A stretch of DNA of 63,998 nucleotides, counting the filler, from Octopus bimaculoides (Eukaryota): the NCBI RefSeq assembly GCF_001194135.2. It is 5 parts of 5 records of this genome, joined end to end, with 100 filler letters (N's around TTAATTAATTAA, not from the genome) between each part and the next. Parts side by side here need not be neighbours in the genome. Positions count along the whole stretch, not along the records: positions 23,331 to 52,570 come from NC_068982.1; positions 52,671 to 56,513 come from NC_068987.1; positions 56,614 to 61,652 come from NC_068981.1; 2 more parts are not named here. One strand, given 5' to 3'. The notes beneath the pieces are model-generated. The model searched no databases. It was not told the DNA's origin and saw only the letters and a list, made by a program, of their open reading frames with translations. Both the position numbers and the translations under genes were made by a program. Shown in pieces: positions 47,526 through 60,201 of the stretch (the stretch's first letter is position 1; every line of letters begins with the position of its first letter).

Positions 47526-49069
47526 CTGGCATAGAGATCTAAATACACACTCACACATATACCCAGGTACATAGCACATATACTGTACACAGTTAAATAT
47601 ACTTACATCAATTATAGGATACACCTAAACGAAGCATGTTCCACTCTTGACATACGTCCACATACACAAATTCACACAAGCCCCCCACACACACACATCT
47701 GTATGTGTGTATAGTATACATGCATAAATATAGGGACATCCATGTACCTACTCTACAGGAAGATACTTATACCTTAAATCTCTCTAATCCCAGCTCAGGG
47801 GTTTTTGACATGCAAGGTACCAGGGAAGCCCTGTTGATGCTAGTGCCACATAAAAAGCACTGATGAAGGGGCCAAGTAAAAAGCACCCAGTACACTCTGC
47901 AAAGTGATTGACAATAGGGAGGGCATCCAGCTGTAGAAACCATGCCAAAACAGACAACAGAACCTGGCATCGCTCCTGACCTTCCCAGCTCCCGTGAAAC
48001 CATCCAACCCATGCCAGCCTGGAAAACAGATGTTAAATCATAGTGTTCTTGATAATGACATCATCACTGATTTTAAAGTACCAACACAAGGTAAACCTTT
48101 CCCTCTTTCCTGCGTCCTTACAGTGACTGACTTTTTAAAATCTCTGCTAAACATTCTACCAATCTTTCCTTCATGGAAAGTACAAATACCTGGCACTCGT
48201 TCTCTATCCATGCATTCCATATGTGCATCACCCTACAGAAATTCTAGGCTGATGTCAACTGCATCAACTTCTGGTATATAAGTAGGCCCCAAAAAAGTTA
48301 TGGACAAACATGTGCTTTGGGGTTGACTCTCACTGTGAGGACATGGTCAATTAGTGTCCTATTTATAGCCATGGGTTAACCAATTTCTTGTGAATGGTAG
48401 ACAAGTACCAACACTTCCATGTGACATGCTTGGACCCATCAAGCAGAGTATGCTTGAGAAGAAGATCCATCAAGCCAAGCAAAATTGCAGTTGTGGCAGA
48501 TACTGGTGTCATGCAAATGGCACTCGTGCTGGTGGCATGTAAAAGCACCCATTACACTCTCAGAATGGTTGGTGTTGGGAACGGCATCTAGCCGTAGAAA
48601 GCCATGCCAAGTGAGACTGGAGTCTGGTGCAGCCTTCCTGCTTACCAGTCCCAGCCAAACAGTCCAATCCATGCCAGCATGGACAATGGACATATGATGA
48701 TGATGATGAATATTACTATCATCATTTGACATCCGTTTTCCACGCTGGCCTGGTTTGGATGGGTTGACAGGAGCTGGCAAGCCATAGCGATATACCAGGT
48801 TCCTTGGTTTGTTTTGATGAGGTTTCTGCAGCTGAATGCCATTCCTAACTTCAACCACTTTACAGAGTATTATGGGTGCTTTTTATGTGGCACCAAATTA
48901 TATTTATAATGTATTACAGAAATAAATGCTTAAAATCTATATTTTCTCATTTTTCTCCACATTTTCACAGAAATTTAAAAAGCCAAATATTTATTTGATT
49001 TTCTTTTTTAGTACAAATATCACAAAATTAAATCTCTGAGCGAGAAGCAAGCAGTAGCAGCACGGAACC

Positions 49070-49254
49070 GTGAAGTATATTTGCCACCTAGTAAGGCTAG
49101 AGATGAGAATGATAATGATTTCCCTTCGCAAATATTAAACAGACACAGACAGTGTGTCATTAGCCAGTTGAAGGAGATGTCTTCCTGAGGTTATAAACAA
49201 CAGTAGCATTGTTCTCTATGGGACTGCCACATTTAGCTGGCAAATATACTTCAC
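49070..49254. mobile_element. Small MITE-like element with 17-bp perfect TIRs
   Basis: gtgaagtatatttgcca (49070-86) / tggcaaatatacttcac (49238-54); no clear TSD. Confidence 0.6.
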
Positions 49255-49374
49255 AATATCACGAAATTACTTTTCTGAAATTAACTGCAAATTTAAATTC
49301 AGTTGATAACAATAAAAAAAACTGAAATCTTCCCAATTCAACATATTTTGTCAAATTTCTATAAAATTACAGAT

Positions 49375-49720
49375 TCAAGCATGGCTGTGTGGTTAAGAAT
49401 CTCACTTTGCAACCATATGGCTTTGGGTTCCATCCCACTGCATGGCACTTTGGGCAAGTGTCTTCTATTATGGCCCCAGGCCAACCAATGCTTTATAAAG
49501 AACACTATGGAAACCCATCATATGTATGCGTGTGTCTTTGTCCCCACACACCCCTTGGTGATTGGTGTTGGTTTGTTTATATCCCCCATAACTTAGCAGT
49601 TCAGCAAGAGGCCAATTGAAAATAAATGCCGGACTTTAAAAATATTTACTGGTGTTGTTTGTTTAAGTTAGTGCCCCAGCATGACCACAGTTCAACGACT
49701 GAAACAGATAGTCGATAAAA
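49375..49720 (+). mobile_element. SINE family B
   Basis: catggctgtgtggttaagaa...tggcactttgggcaagtgtcttctatta...gactgaaacagata. Confidence 0.82.
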
Positions 49721-49755
49721 GATACAAAGAAAAAGATAACAAAAAAAACACATAC

Positions 49756-50529
49756 TATGTCCACAATGACCCAAAGAGTCATCGTCTTCGGTCAGCAATG
49801 AACTGTCCACAATCTCTTCAGAGGCCACGGTAGGTATATCTTCACTGCAAAAATCTAATTCCAATATTGGCAATAATGGTCTGCTATCAAATGTAGAACT
49901 GTCATCGACATCTGCTGAGTGATTGCTAGAATTGTCCTCTTCCTGATCTGAATATACAGAACATGTTTCAACAAGACATTTCTTACCGGATACCGTCGTG
50001 TAACAATGATCATGATGTGGGTGAGTATTCCTTAACAAATCTAAAATAAATTCTTCATTATTTCCGTCAATCTTCTTGACAATGTCTTTCTTAGAAGCAC
50101 AGTTTCCTTCCTCCTTTTTAGCCGTTTCGTCTGCAACTTGTGTGCTTACAAATTTTAAATCATCTTCATTCACCAAAAGAACAGATTTGGAAGAAACCTT
50201 TTTGGTTTTACATTTAGGGGATTTTTTAAGTTTGGTTTCTTTGTTAAGGTTATGCTGTGCCATAACTTTTTTTGGAGAACTAACATTTTTTACAGTCTCG
50301 TTTGATTGTTTTATCTCTCTCTCAGACAAATTATTTTTTCTTGTCGACCTCACTGGTCCATTCATATCAACAGTATTTCTCTTCGGTGTTGGCATCTTAT
50401 TTTCTCGACTAACTTCTTTGGTTGCTTTTAGATTAGTGAAAGTTTTAATAGTCTTGTTGCAGTTGATGTTGCTCCCGTTTAAAGGATTACAATTCACATA
50501 GTTCGATCTCTTCTTTTTAGCTTTTTCTT
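49756..50529 (-). CDS. C2H2 zinc-finger protein, large low-complexity exon (basic, then acidic) with DHCY motif
   Basis: tcaacag|AA GAA AAA GCT...CAT A|gtatgt; 774-nt open frame; HPHHDHCYTT at about 49994-50023. Confidence 0.85.
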
Positions 50530-51329
50530 CTGTTGATTAAAAAGAAAAAAAAATACTGCATTAATTCTCATATACTTACAATAACCGGAACACATAAAAA
50601 TACTTTAGTAGAATGGTGGTGGTGGTGGTGATGATAATGGTAGTGATGATGATGACGATGATGGTGATGGTAGTGATGTTATGACAGTGATGATGATGGT
50701 GGTGGTGATGTTATGGTAGTGATGATGATGATGGTGGTGGTGATGTTATGTCATTGATGGTGGTGGTGGTGGTGTTATAGCAGTGATGATGATGATGATA
50801 ATGGTTACGGTGTTGAGGATGATGATGATCATCATCATAATTGTGGATGTCGTTAAACATTGTTGGTCTCAATGCCCTTTGCATCATTTTAGCTTTCAGA
50901 CAACACCACCCCCAGTGGCTAGGCAAGTGGACCAACATGAAATGAAATGTTCTGCTCAAGAACACAACATGTGGATTGGTTCAGGAATTGAACACATGAT
51001 CTAGCGATCATAAGTGCAACACCCTAATCACAAGGCCACACGAATTCACTGTAGAAGAAAATATAATTTGACAATATATTTCATCAAAAATTAAACTGTA
51101 ACTTTACCAGATAATTTCCTTTTCCGGACATGAACTGGTTCAGCAGTAAATATAAATCGGTATTTCCTTTCTGGATCTAGAAGTTTAAGAAATAAAACAA
51201 ATGGCAAATATTTAAAAGCTGTTTCATCAAGCTTGAATTGCAGTATATTTAATTTCCTCTTCCTCAATTTTAATGTCCAAAAAGAAATTGGTGAACAAAA
51301 CAGAAGACACTGAGTCTCGAACCACAGAG

Positions 51330-51905
51330 CCGGAGACAGCAACAAGCAGTGAAAAAGATAGAATTAGAAGGGTGAAAACTGATGATTGGGTGGAGAAAGT
51401 ACATGCGCAAAAAGTAAGGAGAATAGAATGACCATTGGGATGGAATCTAAGAATGTTGATGTATTACAAAAAAGATATAGAATTGGAAAAGAAGCTAACA
51501 AAAATGAAAGGGTTGATTAGAGTTAAATTGAATCCGGATTTGTGTGAACCAGATGAGAAAGCGGCGTTGTTGGAGAGTGAAAAGATAGAAAGACTGTGTG
51601 GATTATTTCCTGAATTAATTAATATGACGCAAATATATGTTCGTTATGAGAATCTTCCCAGTGTTGTTGGGAGAGAGGATCTGATCGAATATATAACAGA
51701 CGAATGGTAATAACAATGAGAGACTGTATACAAGAACAGTAAAATGGAACTGCGAGCTTGTGGGGGGGGGACTCGTAAGCCATTTCATCTTTTCATTTAA
51801 TCTGTCATTTCACAAACATCATTCGTTATATGTACCCCACGTTTTGTGTTGTCTGTCCTGGTATTGTCCCTTCTTTGTAAAGGCTACATGCCTATAATAA
51901 AGAAA
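51330..51905 (+). mobile_element. Probable LINE-like 3' fragment in a zinc-finger intron
   Basis: Interrupted ORF, then tgtctgtcctggtattgtccc...aataaagaaatt, resembling the tail of SINE A and 56640-56930; protein not recognised. Confidence 0.35.
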
Positions 51906-52459
51906 TTTTAATGTCCATGGGTCAGGCAAAATTGATTGAGGTAGATGTTTTATGGCCAGACGCCCTTCATGTAGTCAACTCTCACTTGTTTCCAAGCAAG
52001 GCAATATTTCTCTTAGTCCTTTATGTACAAACAGCACAATGGCTGGACATGTTTTCACTGAAGATTGCAAATAAATGACAGAATGTACAACAGTGATATT
52101 CGTTAACAACTATGGTGCAATGTCAAAATAAGGAAACATAAATACACACACACACTAGGCATCATGCAGTTTCCATTCACCAGTGCCATTCACAAAGATT
52201 TGGTTGACCTGAAATAATAACAAAAGACATCTGCCTAAGGTGCCACAAAATCACAAAGGAGATTGAACCTAAAATCATGTGGTTGGTAATTGAACTTCTT
52301 AACCACACAGCCATGTGTACACCATATGCTCAATACTCTAAAATAGAGCTAAATTAAAGCTATTTAATTCTTGAAAACAAAACTGATGATGATGATGATA
52401 AAAACTGAATTACTGATATGAAACAGTCAAAACATAAATAAAATTCAAATTTATCATAC

Positions 52460-52570
52460 CATTTGCTTCATACACTAGCTGATCGATATGATTGATTAAA
52501 TGTTGTTTCATGTGCATTTTTGCTTTCGTTTCATTTCCAAAACTTGTGAATTTTTCTTGGCACTTTTCTG
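52460..52570 (-). CDS. C2H2 zinc-finger protein exon, truncated by gap (atypical N-terminal finger); not in the ORF track
   Basis: EKCQEKFTSFGNETKAKMHMKQHLINHIDQLVYEAN G|gtatga; the phase-1 donor joins exon 49756-50529 in frame. Confidence 0.8.
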
Positions 52571-52670
52571 NNNNNNNNNNNNNNNNNNNNNNNNNNNNNN
52601 NNNNNNNNNNNNNNTTAATTAATTAANNNNNNNNNNNNNNNNNNNNNNNNNNNNNNNNNNNNNNNNNNNN

Positions 52671-53070
52671 TGGCAGGTGCGGAAGTGATACCATGTTGTT
52701 TGTGGCAAGAAACTCACATGCAAGGAGAGCTCGGTGACAGGTTGCATTGTTGTGATGAAGAATCCAATTCTTCATGCTCCACAGATCCTGTTGTTTTCAC
52801 CGAATATCCTTCCTCAAATGCTTAAAATGTTACAATAGAACACTTGATTGATGGTCTGGCCATTTGCAAAGAATTCTCAATGTACAATACCACAGATGTT
52901 GAAAAATTCGATGAGCATGCTCTTGATTGATCTGCAGTTCTGTCATGGCTTTTGAAGTGCTGTACCACTGGAAATATGGAATGCACGCCATATTCTCTGG
53001 CATACAAGTTGACATAGTATATAGTGTAAGCAATCAAACATCATCACTATCTTTTAAAATCCTGCTCTAT
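52671..53070 (-). pseudogene. Mariner transposase remnant
   Basis: Across frameshifts: IKSMLIEFFNICGIVH.EF..GQTINQVFYC / WILHHNNATCHRALL..EFLATNNMVSLPH, the DD34D-type region. Confidence 0.85.
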
Positions 53071-53580
53071 TTCACATGAAATGTTTGGTTCTCCAAAGTT
53101 GTCTTGGAATATATATTGACTTACTTTTTTGGTTTTAAATTTTGGTCTGAAATATTCAACTTGTATGCTACAAAATATGGTATAAATAGTATATATCTTT
53201 TATCTTTCACTTCTTTCACTCGTTAGACCGGCCATGCTGGTTGACGGCCTTGAAGAACTTTTAGTTGAATGAATGAACCCCAGTAATTTTATTTTTAAGC
53301 TTGGTACTTATTGTATCAGTCTTTTCTTGCTGAACTGCTAAGTTACAGGGACATAAACACACCAACACTGGTCGTCAAACACAGATATATGCACACATTT
53401 ATACAACAGGCTTCTTTCAGCTTCTGTCTTCCAAATCCACTTACAAGGCTTTGGTCAACCTGAGGCTATAGTAGAAGACACTTGCCCAATCTTGAACCAT
53501 GTGGTTGGGAAGCAAACTTCTTCCCACACAGCCATACCTGCACCTATAGAAATTTATAACTACTTTGGTCTTTTCTCCAG

Positions 53581-53669
53581 GTACCATCCCAAATATCGTA
53601 AATGTTTTGATAACACTGACTGCAAAGGCTTGATGGATGCTCAGGATAAATTAATGAAAAAATACTGTG
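53581..53669 (+). other. Candidate orphan coding exon
   Basis: Strong acceptor tactttggtcttttctccag|G and donor TGTG|gtaaat around an open frame YHPKYRKCFDNTDCKGLMDAQDKLMKKYC. Confidence 0.35.
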
Positions 53670-55169
53670 GTAAATATTAGTATTCTTTAATTATTTTTTA
53701 TTGGTTTCAATTGTTGGGCTGAGGTTTTGATTTAAGTTGTGTTTCTATGTTTGTCCGTGGACAAGATATCTCAAGAACCACTGAATGAATTGAGATGAAA
53801 CTTTCAGAATGTTTGGCCTCTTGACTGGCACGAACTGATTAGATTTTGGGATTGATTCTGGATTATTAGTTATATTTACTTTACTTTACTTGACTACGAT
53901 CTCACGTTCACTTTCAAGTCTTTCTCAATTATCTCCCTTTTGGTTGTTTCCAAAGTTTTATTTTCATTTGCCTATTATTAATTTTACTTGTGTCTCTATC
54001 TTAGTAGAAACTAATGGATAAAGAAATCAGACTACATAAGCAAATGGCAGCAAAACCGTTAAAAAATTAAAGAACACTAATATATTTTTACAATATATAT
54101 ATATTATATTATACATACATATTAACACTTTACAGTATACTTACATATATACTTATATCTATGCATCAATCTAAAACAACAGGAATACTAAATGAAGGCT
54201 GGAATTTAAGAGAAGAGAAAATCAAAATGTCTCATGCTATTCATTTAAAAATTCCTTAGTGGAACTTATTATTACTATCCCACCTTTGAAATTATTTTGA
54301 ACAGTGAATTTGGTAACCTTGGCTTGTATTAGACAGGTTAAACTATCTAAAAAACAACAACAATGACAACAACAACAACAACAACCACTACCAAACCCTG
54401 GAAAAAAATCCCCTTGCTACCCACGCCAATAGACAATAAAAACGACACCAACAATTGACAACAAAACAACTCCTGGAAAAACACCAAGAAGTGAAAATAC
54501 AGGAAAAAACATAAGAAGATGCAAAAACTGATTCCCCCTCACCTATATTGCATACACCTTACCCAAATAACCAACAACCANNNNNNNNNNTATTGCATAC
54601 ACCTTACCCAAATAACCAACAACCAACACCAACGGAAACAACAACACAACCACTTACAGAAACACACACAGACGCTTACAACATGCCTTTATCCCCTTCC
54701 GATTCCTCAGAACTACCGTTGGAAGACAAAAGTAGCGGGGAATGACAAACAGCCAGAAAAGGAAGGAGGAAGAGGAGCAAAAAAAGACCGAAAGCAAACA
54801 CCAACAAAACAGGGAGATACACAACTCCAAAAGACATTTCCAAATCTAATACAATCAACACCGACACCACGAAAACCATGCTCACAGCCATAAACACTTA
54901 CAACACTAAGTTCATGAAATATATCAAATCGTAAACAAATAGTACAGAAAATGACGTTAAATCGAGCAACCACCCATACACAACACCACCAGAACACATC
55001 AAAATTTACCACATCACACCAACATTGCAGCACACACTAAAATCCCTCTACCCCAATGCGGTAGGGGGATGTCATAAATGCCTATAGAAAAAAATTACAA
55101 CAGCCTCCTTGATGAAAAATCAAGGTAATTAACTCTCTGTTCCTTTCGTTTGTGTTTTAAAGCACACAA

Positions 55170-55612
55170 CCCAATAGGATCTTGATCAAATCTGGTTGTG
55201 TGAATGCGCAAGGCTTGGGGTCCCCTTGGAAACAAGGGTACCTCTTAAATAACATAAAGTCACACGATTTGGGAATCATAGCCATAAGTGAGACCAGACT
55301 TCATGAACCACGGACCCTAAAGTCTATGTTTGGCGGACAGTTTCACATTTTTTTCTCCCTCTCTGCTGAGGATGGGCGGTAGTGGTACTACGGTACTTTA
55401 TCTCAAGATTCTGGATCTCGAAGTAAATACGATATTCGTAGAGCCGGAGGGTAGACCACTTATCCTGGATGTCATCGGCAGCGATGGGTGCACTTTTTGA
55501 CTCCTAGCAGTCTATGCACCGCCTCTAACAGGTTGGCCAGATTTCTTTCGATGTCTAAAAGTATTCCTAGGAACCTCTCGTCCTTTACTTTTAGTGGGGG
55601 ATTGGAAGCTAC
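55170..55612 (+). pseudogene. L1/Tx1-clade LINE ORF2 N-terminus (APE endonuclease), frameshifted
   Basis: IKSGCVNAQGL...LGIIAISETRL / VEPEGRPLILDV / LLAVYAP / LLLVGDW motifs; A/C-rich upstream sequence (about 54350-55100) may be ORF1. Confidence 0.85.
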
Positions 55613-56428
55613 CTCACAGTCATAATAACACTGCTATAAGAGCTGGATAGTAGTTGCGGGTTTAACCCATTTTTTTCTATATTGCTGTAAACATATGCTG
55701 CCTTTGTTTCAACTAATTTTTGAAACTCAAAACAACGCCGTTTTGGGAATCAAAATTATGAGCTCATGATCGTGTGTGCCACACCTTAAACACTATTCTA
55801 CACACACACATACATGGTTCAAGAACGAATATAGCACATCTTTATCACTAGTAACAATGGGGTCGAAACCTATGTTAATCTCATTAACCCATGAATAAAG
55901 AACATTTATCCACCAATGCAGTGTCGAGCACTTATCGTAACTTTTCGATATTATCTATCTATCTATATATATATATATATATATATATATANNNNNNNNN
56001 NNNNNNNNNNNNNNNNNNNNNNNNNNNNNNNNNNNNNNNNNNNNNNNNNNNNNNNNNNNNNNNNNNNNNNNNNNNNNNNNNNNNNNNNNNNGTGTGTGTG
56101 TTTGTGTGTGTGTTTGTGTGTATGTATGTATGTATGTATGTATATTGTGTCCATCTGACTCAGGTTTTCGTTGATTTATCACTAGTCATCCGTTCGTGTC
56201 TAGTATTGCTATTTTTAGTTTCCACAAAACATTTCGTCAACACAAAATTAAAAAAAAAAAAGTAACTCCGAAAGCAACATAAACTTTTTTTTATTTTACT
56301 TTAATTTTTTTTTCTCTTAAAATCCTTTTGGTCATCATCATTAACCACACTGACGTATATCTCCACTCTACCTAACACTAGAATGAATATACATTTTTAG
56401 TCACACTTACTGGCGGCTTATCAACACA

Positions 56429-56513
56429 TACGAAGGGATGCTGAAAAGTTCCTGGCTTTGAGTAAAAGAAAATACAGGAGAATCAGTTAATTATGATTTT
56501 ATACAACATATTC
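56429..56513 (+). mobile_element. Mariner-like terminal sequence, truncated by gap
   Basis: TA|cgaagggatgctgaaaagttcctggc resembles mariner TIR starts. Confidence 0.45.
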
Positions 56514-56639
56514 NNNNNNNNNNNNNNNNNNNNNNNNNNNNNNNNNNNNNNNNNNNNTTAATTAATTAANNNNNNNNNNNNNNNNNNNNNNNNNNNNNNN
56601 NNNNNNNNNNNNNAATCGAAACTAAACGTTTAATAATTA

Positions 56640-56930
56640 ATTCGTTTTATTGGCCACAAGGGCTAATATCAATTAAAAACATATAAGGACAAAGACAGGA
56701 CGAAGGTTACAAAAGGTTTTGTCCGAAAAGGTAGGAAAGTTCGTCTAAACAGAGGAAGAAAACGGAGAAAGATATAATGAATAAATAGATAAATAAATAA
56801 GTAGAAACCCCCGAAGGGGGAGGCGCTTCGAAAAAGGAAAGGTTACACGTGGAAAAACCCATAAAACCACGGGAGCCTGGTCAGAAAAAAATAAGAAAGG
56901 GGTATAGAGCCCTCACTCCTTTTACATTAC
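56640..56930 (-). mobile_element. Probable L1/Tx1-like LINE 3' UTR
   Basis: Reverse complement ends gatattagcccttgtggccaataaaacgaa, close to the SINE A tail tagccccttgtgggcaataaagaaa; LINE assignment is inference. Confidence 0.45.
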
Positions 56931-56988
56931 CTTTTTTTTCCTTTTTTAGGGGCAAAGACGGCAGATTTTAATAAATAACGGTTATATT

Positions 56989-57002
56989 GTTGCCATGGCT
57001 GC
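56989..57002. promoter_or_regulatory. RFX X-box-like palindrome
   Basis: GTTGCCATGGCTGC matches 12 of 14 positions of GTTGCCATGGCAAC; YY1-like AATGGCG at about 57101. Confidence 0.35.
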
Positions 57003-57289
57003 AAAGGTTAGCCACAAACGATACATATCAAGGCACTATTGGCGGTAACTAACAATGAACAATGCTGTAATAGCATGGTTAAAGTAACTGTAACAGTTTT
57101 AATGGCGGAGTCGACAATAGTAACAGTGACTACAACCGTCTCCAAATCTGCCACAACACAGGGTTCGATACCAATAATCTAAATGCAACACAAATATATA
57201 TCTAACGGAACAAAACGGAAAACTACAACAGTACACCAAATCGCTTGTCCTATTGTTAATCTGGAAGCGCGTCCCCCAGGAGAGAGCCA

Positions 57290-57520
57290 GCCTGGGATCG
57301 AAAAGGCATTCACTGGCACTAACTCTTCTCTGAATACGAACCTGGATGGTCACTTGAACGAGAACTACCCCTAACTCGAGCCCTCCAAGTCCACCACCAC
57401 ATCCACCACAGAAAGAAAAATGTAAGAGGATCAAATGGACACGAGAGGAGTATACGGAAATAATACACGCTTATTTCTATACATTAGGCAAGCCATCTGA
57501 AGGGAAACACACCGCACACT
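57290..57520 (+). mobile_element. Non-LTR retrotransposon 5' ORF fragment (R4/Dong-like)
   Basis: PQKEKCKRIKWTREEYTEIIHAYFYTLGKP; homologous to 23331-23530. Confidence 0.5.
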
Positions 57521-57749
57521 CTTATCATTATCATTATTATTATTATACTATAATAGGTGCCACAGATGAAAGCCTGTGAGAGACGAATTAAAGCCAACAG
57601 GCCAAAGCCTATCAGAGACAAAACAGCCCAACAATAGAGATCTCGACTTTTTCATTGTTAAATGGACAAGCCATTGCTGAATGTGATTGAAGAAATAAAC
57701 GTTTGTAAGACAATAAAACATACGGAAGTTTGAACTCTAGGTTATATTG

Positions 57750-58046
57750 TTGTTGGCACTCCGTCGCTTACGACGTCGAGGGTTCCAGTTGATCCGATCA
57801 ACGGAACAGCCTGCTCGTGAAATTAACGTGCAAGAGGCTGAGCACTCCACGGACACGTGTACCCTTAACGTAGTTCTCGGGAATATTCAGCGTGACACAG
57901 TGTGACAAGGCTGGCCCTTTGAATTACAGGCACAACAGAAACAGGAAGAAAGAGTGAGAGAAAGTTGTGGTGAAAGAGTACAGCAGGGTTCGCCACCATC
58001 CCCTGTCGGAGCCTCGTGGAGCTTTTAGGTGTTTTCGCTCAATAAA
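57750..58046 (-). mobile_element. SINE family D
   Basis: ttggcactccgtcgcttacgacgtcgagggttccagttgatcc...; longer version of 5671-5975. Confidence 0.88.
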
Positions 58047-60201
58047 NNNNNNNNNNNNNNNNNNNNNNNNNNNNNNNNNNNNNNNNNNNNNNNNNNNNNN
58101 NNNNNNNNNNNNNNNNNNNNNNNNNNNNNNNNNNNNNNNNNNNNNNNNNNNNNNNNNNNNNNNNNNNNNNNNNNNNNNNNNNNNNNNNNNNNNNNNNNNN
58201 NNNNNNNNNNNNNNNNNNNNNNNNNNNNNNNNNNNNNNNNNNNNNNNNNNNNNNNNNNNNNNNNNNNNNNNNNNNNNNNNNNNNNNNNNNNNNNNNNNNN
58301 NNNNNNNNNNNNNNNNNNNNNNNNNNNNNNNNNNNNNNNNNNNNNNNNNNNNNNNNNNNNNNNNNNNNNNNNNNNNNNNNNNNNNNNNNNNNNNNNNNNN
58401 NNNNNNNNNNNNNNNNNNNNNNNNNNNNNNNNNNNNNNNNNNNNNNNNNNNNNNNNNNNNNNNNNNNNNNNNNNNNNNNNNNNNNNNNNNNNNNNNNNNN
58501 NNNNNNNNNNNNNNNGTGTCCACAGTGATGAATTCGAGGGTTTCGTTTATTTACGAGTTGATTTTTCAATTTCCCCGGAATATAAATCACCTATAATGGT
58601 GATACTTAAAAAAAGAAATTTACTCGAACTTACAAATTTTCCAATAAGCATGTTTAGTAAAACACTTACAAAGCTTAATTCAGCTCAATTGAAAAACATA
58701 GGTAAGCAATGCATTGTATGTTGTTATATGTTCATATCTATGTGTATGCGTAGGTATACGTATATATGAATACATTAAGCGCATCTAGTAAACAGTATGA
58801 ACTGTGACTAAAGCGNNNNNNNNNNCTAGTAAACAGTATGAACTGTGACTAAAGCGGATACATATACAGTTTGTAAACATGCCAAGTAAATAAACACGTA
58901 GAATCATAATAACGCCTTCAACGAGTTGTTTATTGTCCCAACGCGAACCAAAAGAATACATAACATAAGCTATACTATAATTTGCGAAAAAAATTATCTG
59001 CGCGCTGAGTATGCATCGTCCCTCCGATACCGTTTTTTTTTTTTTTATTATCTTTGTTTTTTCTTCATTTTTACGATCATAATAGTTTACGAAATAACTT
59101 AAATTCAGCCATTTTGATTTTATCTAAATCTAATTTATTGTAACATTTAACGTTAGGTCAACAATTCTTAACCTGGAGGAAATTCTCCTTTGACGAAAAT
59201 TTTCAGGATTCCTGAAGGAAATTTAAAGATTCCAGCGATGAAACTCTAAATTTCTAAGTTCAAAAATACTTCTATTATTATTCGCAGTTTGACGGCGAAC
59301 TGGCAGAGTCGTTGCGTTGGGTAAAATGCTTTGTGACATTTCGTCTGTCTTCGCGTTCTGAGTTTAAATTCCACCGAGGTTGACTTTGTTTTTCATCCAT
59401 TCGAGGTCGATAGGATAAGTTATCAGCTGAACGCTGGGGTCAATGTAATCGACTAACCTCTCCCCTTAAAATTTGCAGTCTTGTGCCAAAATTAAAAAGA
59501 AAGGTTATTCCCACTGTTTAAGGCAGTGAGCAAGCAGAATCGTTAGCAAACTAGACAAATGCTTTCTGGCGTTTTTCCTGGTTTTACGCTCTGAGTTCAA
59601 ATGCCGCCGAGGTCGGCTTTGCCTTTCACTCTGTAATACTTCGATCGTGCGAACCAAAGGAGATGGCGACGTAGACGGTAAAGGCTCCTTTTTACCATGT
59701 CGCACGGTCGAACACAAAACAAGGTATATAAGATTAGAAGGCTCGTCGTAAGAGATACGAGCCATAGTGCCAGTAAAAGAACTTAGGACAAACTCAACCG
59801 TTAGATATATAATGAGGATAAATTTATTAACAAAGTGAAACTGTTTGTGTCTGTGTGCGCGTGCATGCGACATATAAAATTAACACAGCAGATAAATCAG
59901 GCCTTTGTGTACAAGAGAAGGTATACAACAATATGAAGTGACGGACAGTCGTATAAGCAATAATGTGTGTACAATATGTGAGAGTACAAGTGTGCGTGTG
60001 AATGTGGTGAAACACAGAACATAGAAAGAGTGTTTGTAACAGACTGTAAAAAGTCTCAAAACACTGAGATAGAGAAAAACCAGTTCGTATTAAAATTACA
60101 CAAGGAGACAGAATGTTCATACGCAGGAAGTTGTGGCCAAGTAGCAGAGCTGTAGTATCACACTATGTGTGTTGAGCGTCGAATGATGTGACCTGTGTTA
60201 C

